Assembly: GCA_050084515.1 (NCBI GenBank)
Contig: CM114271.1
Coordinates: forward strand, 40,114,001 to 40,178,000
Direction of reading: 5' to 3'
Source: Blasia pusilla
Lineage: Eukaryota
DNA length: 64,000 nt
Position numbers and translations under genes: made by a program. Shown piece after piece: positions 1 through 13,729 of the stretch (its first letter is position 1; every line of letters begins with the position of its first letter). The notes under the pieces are model-generated. The model was not told where the DNA came from and searched no databases. It saw nothing but the letters and a program-made list of their open reading frames with translations.

Positions 1-399
1 AGGTGCAAGAGGTTATGTTCTTATTGGTTCCTTGTGTGAGAGAGATGTACTGACTTATGCATGCAAGAAATTAAGTCTAAATTCCGACCATCATCTCCTT
101 AAACATTGAATGACCCCTCAACATAAGAATATTGGGCTTTACTTGATAGTGATCACACAATAAGAAGACTTTGAACCCAAGAGCTTATGAAAAAATTGAT
201 AAGAAGGAAATATGTATATGATATCTAAGAGTCTCTTCAAGGAGTATTGTGGTGAGCACTATGCTTGATGAGAGACTCAATCTCGTAAGAACCATATCAA
301 GGTAGGAAATTACGCAAACTCATCAATAATTAAAAAATGATTGTTGTATGAAGATGCAATAGGTTTTGGACTTGGTCAATTGTAGGTATGAATATCAAT

Positions 400-1760
400 T
401 GAATTGTAATAAAAATGTGCAATGTATTATGTTTTTCAATAGACAACGAGACCCATAATCTCCCTTTTTTGGAAAGTATGTCTACTCTTAGGGATGTGTG
501 TCAAAACATACTCCCTCTTGTGAAGAGACGGGTAATTGATGTAGGAACATTAATTTCTCCACTTGTAAGGAAAAGAAAAACGGTTCATCTCTCTCTTTAT
601 CCTCTGGTTGGTAGAATTTGTTTTCTATCCAAAACATGACAAAATCATCTATGATGGTGGAGGGCATTTGACCTTGAAGAAGTATCCAAAACTATCAACA
701 TCACAAGGGGGTCACTTAGAAAGTGCAAAAGTCCAATTCTAATATCTCCTCCAACATTCCACAATATGGGAGTTCCCCTCTGAAAATATTTGTGCCGTCT
801 CTAGATGCTCATGACTCTTGCTCAAAACTGCAACATACTCCATTTTCTTAGTTCTCCTATGTCGTTCATCTAATCCATTGGGTCTAAAGACCTTTAAGGG
901 CAATCCATACTCCTATCCACAACACAAACTCCCTCTGAATAGTTGAATTGCTACTCCATCCATAGCTCAAGGTACGTGTCTAGATTATGAGCCATCTTTA
1001 CCCCTATAACAATTTTTTATAGGGGCAAAGTTTTTGTAACATGCATCGTGTATGAGCAAATTTTTTGGTGGTTACTTAACCAAATATACCATAAGGAGTT
1101 GAATGTGAGGTCTCATATTACAAAACTTCAAGAATATAGAACCCATATCTAGAGTGATCAACTCTAGGATGAGAAAATCCCTCTTCATAACAAGCCAAGG
1201 TGGAATAATATAGTTCACCAACATGATTAGCCACACAGAGCCGCTACATGGACATTCCGCCAGTCGCAAGATCTGATCGTACATGACAAAAATTTGCTCG
1301 CCAATCTAGGGATGTGCTCTCCAAATGCTAGTTGGCTGGAGAGTCCACCACAAAATGCATCGTCAGCATGCATGCCACACCATTAAATCTTTCAGTAACC
1401 TTACTCTATACATATGCAACAATCATTGCATGTTGGAGAATCGAAGAAGAACCTTCCAATGAACATCTCCTAGCACATCTTTTTGGTATCGTGTGGCTTG
1501 ATAATATGGATAAAACTCAAGGATAGCCCATGCCCAAGATGTAGGAACTTGCCACAAGGGCATGGATGTATAACCTCATAGTATAGTCCCATCTGGCTCA
1601 ATGGTTGTTGGGCGGATGATTTGGAGTTGGGGAAAGTACTGTTCCCCCTTGTAGCAATCCATCGTGTAGTTGGCTGATCAACACATTCAAAATAGATAAT
1701 CGCTCCTGAAAGTTCAGAAGAAGCAAGATAGCAACCACGCAAGATGTTCAAGCGCCTTGA
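400..1760 (-). mobile_element. Decayed CACTA/En-Spm Tnp2 (Transposase_21-like) relic
   Basis: Minus-strand peptides LSQMGLYYEVIHPCPCG (ORF 1470-1751) and SVWLIMLVNYIIPPWLVMKRDFLILELI (ORF 1072-1284) align by eye with ISKLGMSYNSIHACPKG and STWPILLVNYNFPPWLQTKKFFVMLALI in the CACTA transposase at 24918-26282. Boundaries approximate. Confidence 0.6.
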
Positions 1761-3819
1761 TACGATAGAACTTGCGCATATTCATCCAAATAATCTCTGT
1801 TAGAAAATGGGCATCATCCAAATCTAATTACCATATTGTATATATATAATGCAAGATGGTGCCATAATGAGAAATCTTCTTAGCACAAGTTGGTGGATAT
1901 CTTCATGATAGACTACCAAATGAATTTTACAATATGGTGATTAGATTAGGATGATGCCCGTTTCTAACAGCAATGGAATGTGATTGCAAAAAGTCATTCA
2001 TGAAACTTGATATCACTTTGGTAACGCACCTAGTATTCGTGGGAGACCAATAGTATGAAATAACAAGAGATACTTTCCACCTTGTTCCTACATACTATTT
2101 TTTACATTAAAGAAGGTATGTATTTTATGTATCCCCAAAAAATGGAAAACATGCTCAAAGGCTTCAATTAATTAAAATTAGGATATTCAAGTTTTGAATA
2201 CTTTGGGGACAAGTGAAAAATTAGGTTGTGATTTTTTTTTGATGATCTACACTCATGTGAGACTATTTAAAATGTTGTACGCAATATGATGATACAAATG
2301 AAGCATAAGTGGATTCCCAAGATTTGAAGAATTAAGTACTCCAAATTTTGTTTATTATTTTTGGACAAGAAAATTCATTGCTCTAAATAGTACTTGATGA
2401 ATTATAGAAAAATTGAAAATAAAAGTAACTATTATAAATCCAAATGTGTGCAATTTGATGACTTTAATATTTTCAAATAATTTTTTATCTAGTAAATTAT
2501 TTAAATCATGAAAACATAGATGTGGAAGCAGTTTTTAGTATCAGCATCTTTGGAAGAAAATAATTTTAATAAATAAATGAAGGATTTATATAGATAAGAT
2601 GACCTCAGTTTGGTGGATATTTGGGCAACAACAAGGTGTTTTAGGTGATTAAAAAAATTCTTCAAGGAAAAAAATATTTTCTAAAATTAACTTCATTCCC
2701 AATTTTTCCTCAAAATAAAATGGGAACTTTTTTACAGAAAATTAAATTTATATTATAAAAATTAAAGTAGATATTATTTTGATTATAGGAAGAATAATTT
2801 GAGAAATAAAATATTTTTAGTTTTCCTACCTTGATTTTGAGTGATTTTTAAATTTTGGGGATACAAGATTAAATGATAAAAAAATTTGGATTAAGTAGCT
2901 TTGAATCTATTTTCAAATTTAATTGTATAAAATTAGGAGGAAGAAGGATCATACGACAAAACTTTAAGATATCTTAAAAATGTATATAAATATCTAATTT
3001 TTGTAAGTTGCTGACAACAGGAAAGACATAAGTTGTAGACAAGCACGGTCAATATTTGTCATGCTTCTCTTGAGCATGGTAATTTGCAAAAAACTACCCA
3101 CATCCATGCATTTAAATTTTAAAATGAATTACTATGAAAAATATATGATTTTTTTTATAAAAATGAATGCTTTGATAGCGTTAATGAAATGATTATAAGT
3201 CATTGGAAAAGTCCTTCGTTATGTGGAAGGACATCTCTTTTTATTCCATATGTGGACTTTACATTGTCAACTATGGATCATGTGAGCATGCACCTAATAA
3301 CTAGATTCAATCATATCATATGAAAATTTACAAATGCTTTGGAAATATCCAAGATAAAAATCCTTTTGGAATATCTGAGTTATGAAATTAATTTGAAAGG
3401 ATTTAGTATGTTTTACGGGCACACACTCTTCCTCAATCAAGATGATGGAATTTCAATAATATAAACATATTTTTTTGGATATAAGGAAAATTCCACTATA
3501 ATTCATAAGTTTAATTTAAAAATAAACTAGAACATACAATTTAAAATTACAATTACATGTAAATTCTAGTGAACTAGAGTTGAGATTAGACATATACTCC
3601 ATTCAAGGTTAATCGCAACCTTCCTCTATTTCCCTCTTTGGCTACACTTCTTAGTACATTACATGGATGCACAAAGAGTAGCTTTTCACAAGGAACATCA
3701 CATCTACCCCAAATCATTTTGGATACAATCAGTAGTATGATCGCCAAATGCAACTATTGAACTTTAAAGTCTGATACATCAATGCCCTTATGTGTAGGCA
3801 AAAAAAGAGTTGTGACTCA

Positions 3820-5840
3820 TTTTAACTAACTAGAAGATAGTAAATGTGAAGATTTGGAAGGTCTTACTGTTGAACTTCTCAATTGTGAAGGGAATGCTCT
3901 TAAGCCTATCTTCACCAAACTATTAGATGATCTTGCTATCCATGGTTTTCCAACTACTTGGTCATTATTTCTAATTATTCCCATGTATCAGTCAAAAGAA
4001 AGGATTTCTTGATAACTATCATACTATCATGGTATAAAGAGTCATTGCCAAGCTTTTAGAGAAATATTGAGGGATACGGATTAAGATATCTCCAAAGAAC
4101 TAGTTCTCCCTAACTTAAAACATCATTTACAATACCTAGGTTTTGTGTTATTTATTTCAGAAATATAAAGGCACTGGATAAGCTTTTTTGTTTCATTGAT
4201 TTCATAACAAAACTTTTGATTTTTTCCTTTGGAAGCTTTTGTGGGATAGGTTAAAAAACAATAAGCATATGAATTCTTGAGATTCTCCTTATAGCTATAC
4301 CTACATTATAAGAATATGTATGAGTAAAACTAAAAACTAAAATTTAAGATATTTTGAGTATTTTTCTCAAGATACTATTGGGATCATTTAATGTTTCCCT
4401 CTTGGTCCCCCCTTAATCTATTTGGAGTTTCTATGAATGACATTGGAAGGTGGTTGGAAGAGTCTCAAGGAGAGATATGACTGTATAAAGTATGGAGATT
4501 TTTTTAATCAAAATGTAATTGTATGTAGAATTGTAGATGATATCATTTTACTAGCACGCAATGAATGTAGTTTAGAAAACCATTTTGATACTCCAAATTA
4601 TTTTTGAAATAATAATTACATGCAGGTTAACTAAGGGAAGTCTAAAGTCAATGTAGTAGATAATAGATCAATATTCTTATTCTTTTGTAGAGAATAACCA
4701 TTTCAAAAAGTGAAGAGTTATACCTATCTAGGCATTGATTTATCTCATGTTTATAGTTTGGCACTTTGCTTTTAGAAGATATTAGAAGTTGGTTGTAAAG
4801 CACTCTCTTCATTTTGGAATCGATATAGACATGCTCATCTCGTATATTGGGAAAGTAGAGAAAGTTCATATTTATGAGATTAGTTTTACCCGTGGTTTTA
4901 TATAGTTCCCAAGTGTGGGGCGTTTTTCAATGTTGCATGTGGACAAAGTCCGTGTCCGTGGACTTATGTCCGTCCTATGTAAGGACTTGTCCGTATGGGC
5001 CCAATCTTTCCTTTCTTTCTCATTTCCCTTACTTGCCTCCGTGTTCCATACTCCCCCATTTCTTCCTCCCTCCATCTCCACTCCCTCCTCACTTACTACT
5101 CCTCTCTTCCTTACAGTGCCTTCTATCATGGACTAAAAGTGTGGGTCCCACCTCTTAGAACCCATGTCCGTGGACACGTCCAGACTTGTCTGCCCATGTC
5201 CGTCTCAAGGAAGGACTTGTCCATTTTTTGCAACCATGACATTTTTTTACAAGAAGGTCTGATAAGAATATGTAAAGAAGGTGCAAAAGATCTTTCTCCA
5301 TAAGAAATTGGGTATGAGAAACCAAACTCCTTATGCTAAAGTACGTGCGAAAATAGGTTGGCAAGGTTGTCTACCCCCTTCAAGCAGAATCTCCCTACTT
5401 GGCCATAACTTATATTACAAGGTAAGATCTTTTTCCTCCTTCATCAAGCTTTGTGTGCCACACGCTCAATATGGTATTGATACCGGTATTATGATGCATG
5501 TACATACGTGTTGTCTTGGTCTAAAAATTGGAATGTGATTGAACGGGATTGGGACTTGAATCCGGTTGCACTTCACGAGCATCTACAAAAGAGATTTCTT
5601 ACCAATCCTTAGAACCTCCTTGAAATGTTCCTTGGCACAACTCCACATGATCCCATGCTTGTATATTGTGAGCAAGACTACTTAATTACAGGCATCTCTA
5701 TCTTTTTACGTCACATTATCGCAAAAGATTGTTGTAGCTCTCATAAATTAGGCATTGAAGAAGGAGGTTGGCTAAAGATTGATAGGAGTGAACATATTAT
5801 TAGGGTATGCAACTTAGGAATGAATGATGTTCCTTGAAAG
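3820..5840 (+). mobile_element. Decayed non-LTR retrotransposon (LINE) reverse transcriptase relic, interrupted by a MITE
   Basis: Manual translation gives LEGLTVELL...FPTTW...IIPMY...NYHTIMV (~3850-4035), FCFIDF..K.FD (~4185), V-D-D-I-I-L-L (YADD-like, ~4530), VLPVVLYSSQVWG (~4880) and QKIFL..LG.R..TPY..V.A.IG (~5280-5360), in LINE RT/C-terminal order. Many stops and frameshifts. Confidence 0.65.
4928..5238. mobile_element. hAT-like MITE, copy 1
   Basis: Ends CAATGTTGCA...TGCAACCATG form an imperfect TIR. 8-bp flanks gcgttttt/acattttt differ by two G>A changes. Subterminal GTCCGT/GGAC repeats. Homologous to 54978-55299 and 62813-63073. Confidence 0.75.
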
Positions 5841-8800
5841 CCCCAAATAAGAATTGATCAAATTAGCGCATAAAATTATTATTCCAAATTTCTTCTCTTT
5901 ACTACAATTGATGGTTTAGAATTTTCGTTGTTATACTAGAGAGCTTCTAGACAATCATCGGGAAGATTCAAGGTTATGAGTAATCGTAGCCGGTTAAAAT
6001 TGGAAATTTTCGTTTCATTTAAAACTAGTCGAAAAAAACTAGCAAGAGTAAGGCGGGTTTTCTATATATTAGCTATGTGAAAACCGGTTCGAAATCCAGT
6101 TTTACCACTCCCAACTCCGAAAAACCAGAAATGTACCCATTCGTGTGGAAAAACTCCCCGGACCCTGGTTCTAGACATTGGCTAGGTTAGGCCTTTAGGG
6201 TCTTTCCCTTATCATCATGACTTCTATCTTGCAGTGTGGCTTTTAGACTTTTGATCCTTTGGGGGGCCCATGGACTTAATTTATTTACCATTTTGGTAAT
6301 GAATTATGAATTATTATGCTTTGCATTGGTCATAAACATTCTTATAGCATACATTTCCTTTTCTTGATATTTTTTTATATGTAGTTAGAGATCCTTGAGG
6401 ACAATAGAATCGTTGACAAATCAAGAGCCCATCTCCTTACAATAGTATTTGCTAGAACCAGAATTTCTCACGGACTCCTCCCACCACATTCCAACATGGA
6501 AAAAATTGAAGACCTTACAAAGCCAATGATAATTTTTTTCTAAAACATAAAAAAATATCCATTCTCAAACTACATGTAAAAGTTCTTATGGAGGCATGTG
6601 AACCATTTTCTAAAAAATTCCTTGTATATGCTCTAGGAGCACACATGTCAAACATACACTATACATCCATACGGAAGAGGATATCCCTACTTAATGTCAC
6701 TACTACTCATAATATAGTGATTCTACAACCACAAAATTTTGATGAGGTCTTTCCCATCTTTCTTTTTTAATTAAACTCTAACTAGCCTTTCATGTCTCTC
6801 AGGAGGTGTATTATGATTCTCGGTCATCGAGAAAGTGAAGATTTGAGTGTGATCTGAAATTTTTCTTAGTTTAGTGGGGCAATCTTCAGTTAAGAAAAAT
6901 CTATCATCATCTAACAATTATCTCGGCCGTGTTACCTTTGTATGATAAAAAGTTTATCCGGGTGGAAAATATAGAATTCGGTAAGTGCCAAGCAGACCTC
7001 CCCAATACAGATACCTTAACTAATATTCTTCAGGTCAATTACCGAGTTAGGCCAAACATACACTATGATGATAACCCTTAAGTAGGGACCACAGTGGCGT
7101 TTAGGGTGATTACTTTGTGCCAGAAAAACGGGAGGGACATGACTTTGTAGAGAGGGAGTAAACAGAGGGACAACATTCTTTCTTGAGCTGTTTTATTAAA
7201 CTTTTCACTTTGTCGAGTTCGTGAAGCGTTGAGGATGTCATGCTCCTCATCCCTCGATTTGACGAATAGCACATTTCGAGCGACTTTCAATAGCGAACGG
7301 TCTTTCGTAGCCGTTGTTATTGTACGAAGAAGACGTAGGAAGCTTCTAGATTCGCTCATCAAGGTGTCATGGGAACCAACCAAAACCAAACGTGGAAAAG
7401 GTGGCTTCTTGAAGTCAACTTACATTCTCTTTCGTTCGTTGCCGTGGCCTTTTGTTGTTGCCTTTCTTTCTTAGAAAGCTATGAAAAGTCTCGCTCATTT
7501 CCGCCTTCTCCCGGTCATTCTTAGCCGGAGCGCCTTTTCGAGACACGCCACATCCGAATACGCCGAGTCTTTGCTGGGAAGGACTGGAAAGTAGGAAGAG
7601 GAAGAAGACGACGACGACGACTTTTGGCCGGAAGGTAGTAAACCGACTTTCTCGACCGACACCGTGACTCGTACTCCTGCTTGCAGCCGGTGACAGAAGT
7701 TGCTCTCTTATCCATGTTGCTCTTATCTGCCTATGACTCCCCGGAGTGCGCCCGCTAACAGTAGTTGGATGAGATCGCCTTAGTTTAGTTAGAAGTTAGA
7801 ATCTGCCGGGAAATCCGTGCGCTGTTTCTCACTTCTTGACCCTGGTTCGATGAGGTCAACCGGATTTTCGAGTCCGGAACACGACCGCAAGCGATGTTTT
7901 CGCTACGTGACCGTGGTTTGATGAAGTCTGCCCGTGGTTAGGGTTAGACGCCGTCGCTAGCAATGATGTCCACGCCGCCAAAAAAGGCGCGTTCGTATTT
8001 CATGTGTCGGAAGACGCTCTACATCTTGTGCCACCGGTGAGCGGAGTCACCGGGGGCTGTCGACTGATCGCGGTCCCCCAGCGCCGTGTACCATGTGTGC
8101 AACAACAATCATGCGAATTGCCTCCATGTTTCACCTTTAATTTCACCTTGCTTGAATTTGAAACTTCTTTCAAGCGTACGCACGCAATCTTGCGATTGAT
8201 TATCTCGGATGTTTCACCTTTTCGAGGTACGCTTCGTCGCTGAAATTCTAACTTCTTTCTCCCTCTAAATTTCCGCGCTCGCGTGCACTCGCTTTCACGC
8301 TCACGGGAATCTGTCGCGATGTGGCATGCAGGAGAAGACACTGCCCCCTGAAAACTATGTAACCGTCGACTACAGACAGAGGCACCGATAGATATTTTAG
8401 GTCGAGAAACGTTCCTCCCACGAACATTAGCCGGCAGCTTGAATTTTGAAGTGATCGCCCTGGAAGTTGGAACAGTGGAGTTTACGAGTACAAAAGAGTT
8501 ACGCCCCGCGACGGTAACGAACCGGCGCTCGCGTCGTTCCAGAGACTATCTCCCTCGAGTCGAGATGTCAACTTGTTCGGAGCAACCCTTACGTATACGT
8601 ACACTCCCATCCAAGCATCGGTGCCTGGAACAGTAGAGTTTACGAGTACAAAACAGAGCCACATCTTGAGTCTTGACTCACTCGCTCACAAGGTAACTCG
8701 ATCTGACAAACGCATGCGAGGATAGGAATGGAATATGTGACGAGAGCGTAGTGGAAACGTGACGCGACTCTAGGAAACTCTCGCGATCCGCGGCCGTGTA

Positions 8801-11734
8801 TCAACGTACGTTCTGTGTATGTTCAACAGTGGACCTTGGTTGTGCTTCTTCGTAAGCTTCGTGGCGCCTTTTTTTACATATAAAAATAAATTTAGCAATC
8901 AGCATACGTCCCTCATGGATGGTTCCGTTGGTACAATGGATTCAATTCGACGGAACGCTTTTTCCTTCTTTCAAATTTCCAACGACCATGACGACTATGA
9001 GGAGAGCTGCGTTCGCAACTCTCCACTCCTCCGTCATCATCATCTTACTGGCAGAACGAATGGGTACGCTCTCCATCATTACTTTACTCCGGACCCGAGG
9101 ACGCTGCAAACAACTATTATTTTTATCTTTTTACAGAAATATATAGACGTATACGAAGATTGAAGTTTAAATACATTAGTGTAAGAGCGTGTGAGATGCA
9201 CGCGATTAAATTATCTTCTATAATTAACATTCGAAATTTTCAAGCGCCATTTTAGAGGGAAACGAGCGAACCTACTGTATCAAGAAAGTGAGGAGATGTA
9301 ACATAGATGAAATATGTACAAGCGTTCGACTATCCACGACTCATGGACGCAATTTACAAACCGTATTACCGTCGAAAGAAAAGTTGGGGGAGCACTGTTC
9401 ATGAGCTGACGGACGGTGTGCGACTTCTTCTGTGTGGTTGATTGCTGATGAAGGTCGCTGGCTGAACGAATGGGTACAACTAACAGCTGATCACCTCACA
9501 AATCCTACGCTCGATTAGCCTTGAGCTGTACATTCAGCACAATCCGAGACGCAATTCGAAGGGCCAGTTATGACTGGATTGAGCGCCCGCCACCACCACA
9601 CCTTTACAGAATCGAAGGGCAATCTCATGCTTTACGAATACTCCTGAGAGCACGAAAGCGCAGTGGACTCTGCCGTCTACAACTGGTAACAATGTTGAAG
9701 TTGCGTGATGCGGCCTCATGGTTGATAGTTTTATGCGTACGCTTCCATCGTCATTTGTTCGTAGAGGTCTTGGCGAAGATGAGCCGATGTGCTTTCTGTC
9801 CAGCACCGTTCCAGACCGGATTTCAAGTTTAGGTTTAGCCTGACGTCTTTTCGGATAGATTTATGTCGTTGGATTTTGTCAGTAAAAGTGGATAATTTCC
9901 AACGCGGGGTCGTAGCGAAACATTCACACAATTCTTGAACCTGACAACTGCATCTCGCGAGCTCTTGGCAACCTGTCCTGGACAGGAAATGCGTGTCAGC
10001 GGAAGGAATCATATGTGAGACGAACGTCTCCTCGTGAGGAATTTCAGATATGAAGCAGTTTACACGTCGAAACGTAGCAGGAACCCCTAAAACCATGCTT
10101 CGTTAAGCCTGGACAGAGTCGATTTCCAGACTCTGCTTCAAACTACCACACCGGACGTAATTTTGAGTCACCCTCTTAGCTCAAGCTGAGCATAAGAAGT
10201 TCGAAACCAGCTAAGATTGATTGTGAACCGAAATAGGAGATCAAACGGGTGTTACCTTGGACTTTCCTCTCCCAACAACGGAGTGCATTTCGATCTGGGT
10301 AGATTTTGGATAGTTCAGAAAGTACTTAGCCTGGACTCATCGTGATAGATTGGATTCGTTGGGCGCCCCCAACGAATCCAACGTCATTAGCTCGAAGACG
10401 AAGTGTGGGTGATACAGTTCCATGTGACGTTGTCGTGAAGTCGAAATGAAAGTGGCACTGGAATGGAGCAGATGAGCCACTTTCCCTCCTGGCACACCCT
10501 TTGACAGCCCACCGAAAGGGCCACCGTATGCGTAATTTTGACTCATGATAACGGACCCACCTTGTTCAGCACCGCACTCCCAAGCCTTCCATCGTTGAAT
10601 TCAGTTCCCCACCTGCGTAGAGTCTGTCCGTCGGCGATGCGAACCAAATCGTGACCTTCAAGCTTTTCAAGCCTGCGGAGTCAGTGTGCACACTGCCGAT
10701 ATGTGACGCCTCACCTGAAACAAGTATCTTCACGCCCGTACCGTAGTTGGAGTGCCGTCCGAAAACGGGAGGGTGATTTTTTTGAAACATCTTACACGGC
10801 CTGTGTTGCGACTCTGAACATCCATCCGTCGCCCCAGTCCATTCTTGCCGACGAGCTGCTGTGACTGCTCAGCAGCGACTCGGGCAGCTGGAGCTGGGGC
10901 TTAAACGTCTCGATTCTGTCTGAACGACCGATTCTTCACCGGATTCAGCGACCCGTGACAACAGGGCGGATCAGCTCAGAACTGTGCATTAAACCACTAC
11001 TTATGACCTAATCAACCCGTGGCTGCTGCGGCCGTTTCTCGTTTGTAGAATTCCGGTCTCCTTCTACGAAGCTCTCCTGCAATAGTCACTCGCTCGCTCA
11101 TCAAAGTAAAGTCAGAGCTAGGTGTCATGATTACAAAAGTCAAATTGTCAGATGCTCAGCCTTCCTTTATGTAAAAACGAACGAATGGGTCCTCGGCCTG
11201 CTTTCACCTACCAGATCTTAGCATTTCTCCAGAGTCCATCCATACTGTTCTCCTCCCGGCTCACACTGCCGTGACTCTACCCACCTTCCTTACCTCTCCC
11301 CCATTCGCCTGTCTGAATATTTATTGATTCTTCTCTATGAAAAGGAAATTCGCTCCCCTGGGAGCAATCTCTCTCCTTCTTCCAAGGGCGGACCGCCGGA
11401 TCGGAGTATCTCATTGTATTCCCATACCGATCCCACGGTCCCTGATTTTCCACCCGTCAGCTACGGAAGGGACCGGAGGCCGTCACTGTATGGTGTGTTG
11501 GCGGTGCGCGCACCCCAAATCTGACTGTGCTCTTTGGTGGTCTCGGCGAGAATCGCGAGATCAACGTCGCGGTCGTTGCCCTTCATTGCGATTCCTTTTC
11601 TTTCCCTATGTGACATAAATTCTCATTTTATTCCGAATTGTGATATTTATTGCTTTTTTACAACTAGTTTGCTATTTTTATTCCCAGAATTATGATCACA
11701 TCGAAGAAATAATACCGGGGACTCATCAAGTAGG

Positions 11735-11737
<3 letters not shown>

Positions 11738-11767
<30 letters not shown>
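11738..11767. repeat. (AT)n microsatellite
   Basis: About 15 AT units, read directly. Confidence 0.95.
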
Positions 11768-11770
<3 letters not shown>

Positions 11771-13059
11771 CATGTTATTACTAAAATAAAACAACTAGGC
11801 ATGGAGCGCAAGGCAATTAAAATTTTACGCGCATAGAAACCTTTTTCCCCCTAAAGTCGTATGTTCTAAGTGTCAACACGAAACAGGAAGGAGTCCGTGA
11901 GGACGACTCTGGTCCACCCACAATTACTTAGCCATTAAGCCCCTCCTTTGTTACGGCCCTTTGGAGCGAAGACATTCGCGTTCCGCACATGTGTTGCCTG
12001 GAGGAGATTCTCGCATGGCAAAAACCAACAAAAATAGTGTAAGACTTTCGTTGTGGGAGATCCCCGTGGGGGAGCGAAGTTTCCGAACCGCCATCCGAGC
12101 CTCAAGTTAAGTTCCTTCAAGAAAGTTTCCTTTGGCGGAGGACAGCGTCCACACGAATAAATAGGTGCCTGAGTGTATAGTTGAGAGGAGATATTTGAAT
12201 CGGGCTTTCTCGGGATGGTATGGATGGCGTCACAAAGTGAGAGCATCCATCCATCCATCCATACGGGTAATAATGAACGGCAGTGCTATTCTCTTACCTT
12301 CTTTTCCTTTTGTTGCGAAGATGTTCATTCTTCCTGTTTAGGGCCCTCGATACCATCCGACCACTCTTGATGGGAGGACTCCACGACTCGACTATACCAC
12401 TCGTGGACGCCTCGTGCGTACTTTTCTTTTCGTTTGTGTAATAAAAAATAGAGATTTCTACAATAAAATCCAAAAACTACTTGGAAATAGCATTTGGGAA
12501 AGGACAGCTGTTTCCTAAATTTCCCTTTCTTTCCCATTTGCGCACTCGCATAGGCCATCGTGTCCTAAATCTTCCTTTTTCATAGAACCTTAGATTACCT
12601 ATCTTCTAATAAAATCTTCATAATACTCCAAGAATCGATGGGGTTGCAAGAAATCGGAGGCGTATGGGACCCACGCGATGCAATCGCCGAGAAATTGTCC
12701 GTATTTGGACCCCGGTACCTTAAAAATCGTTTTCATAAAATTTTAAGGTATCTGGATTTTTTTCATTTGGTCTTTTGTTTTCTAGCTAATTGGAATTACC
12801 TCACATACACGAAAGAAGAAAATTTTGAATTAAGAAATCTATCAGGAAAAAAGGAGAACATTAAATATTTCAACTCTCAAAACTGTGTTGAAGAAAATCT
12901 TATACATGCATGTAAGCAATCTATAATGCATAGGAAAAAGCATGCATTCTACAAGAAATGTACACGGTCCACTCCCAATCTATAAGTTACATCCATGGGA
13001 GAACTTATAATTTGGTTGTGTTATTAATATCATGCAAGAAAACTGCATCAATGAATCTA

Positions 13060-13636
13060 TGTCCTGATTGGCGCTTGCCAACAAGAATGCGGCCCCGTTA
13101 GGAACTTTGGGGAAGGAACTAGTATAAGAATCTCACGGGAAGTCGACGGTTGGTGTAAGGAAGTATGTATATGTAACGTGCAACAGATTTTGGGATTAGT
13201 GGTGCAGGATTTTAAGGACCATGGGAAGGAATATGCAAGAATGCATGAAAAAAGTGCACGCATAATACCAATTCATAACTTGTACCCCAGGCAAATACGT
13301 AAAATCATGTGTGGGAAATTTTTAAAATAATGGTGTATATTGTATACATAGACGTGACCCTTGGAATATACTCACGTCTTGATGATGTTTTGTTTGTGCT
13401 CTTTGGGAAATGCAAATGATATGAAAAGTTGGAGTATTGTTTATTCATTTTTGGAACAATGTTGAGATTAGTTGACTGATAAGTATAAGTGGGTTTCTAA
13501 AACAATTTTGATATCCAAAGATGTTTGTTTCGTAGTAACGCAAAGATGCTTCGTTATTCGGCCTGCTTCGTAGTAACCCAAAGACGCTTCGTTCTTTGGC
13601 CTGCTTCGTGCTCTTGGTTGCCTTGTATCCACGAGA
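13060..13636 (-). repeat. Possible 3' LTR of the Athila-like Gypsy element
   Basis: Lies downstream of the integrase and a short purine run on the minus strand, and begins TG at 13060 on the plus strand. No second LTR is present in the window to confirm it. Confidence 0.3.
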
Positions 13637-13729
13637 ACGACCTCCTAGGGTGGAGACTCGAGGTAGTCCTCGAATCTTGATAACGGTTTGTTGATCGAGG
13701 CGGCTAAGGTTAAGTGCTACGGAAGCACT

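Noticed and set aside
11891-11906. GAGTCCGTGAGGACGA, matching hammerhead ribozyme stem II
   Set aside because: The catalytic core CUGANGA and GAAA are absent; likely chance.
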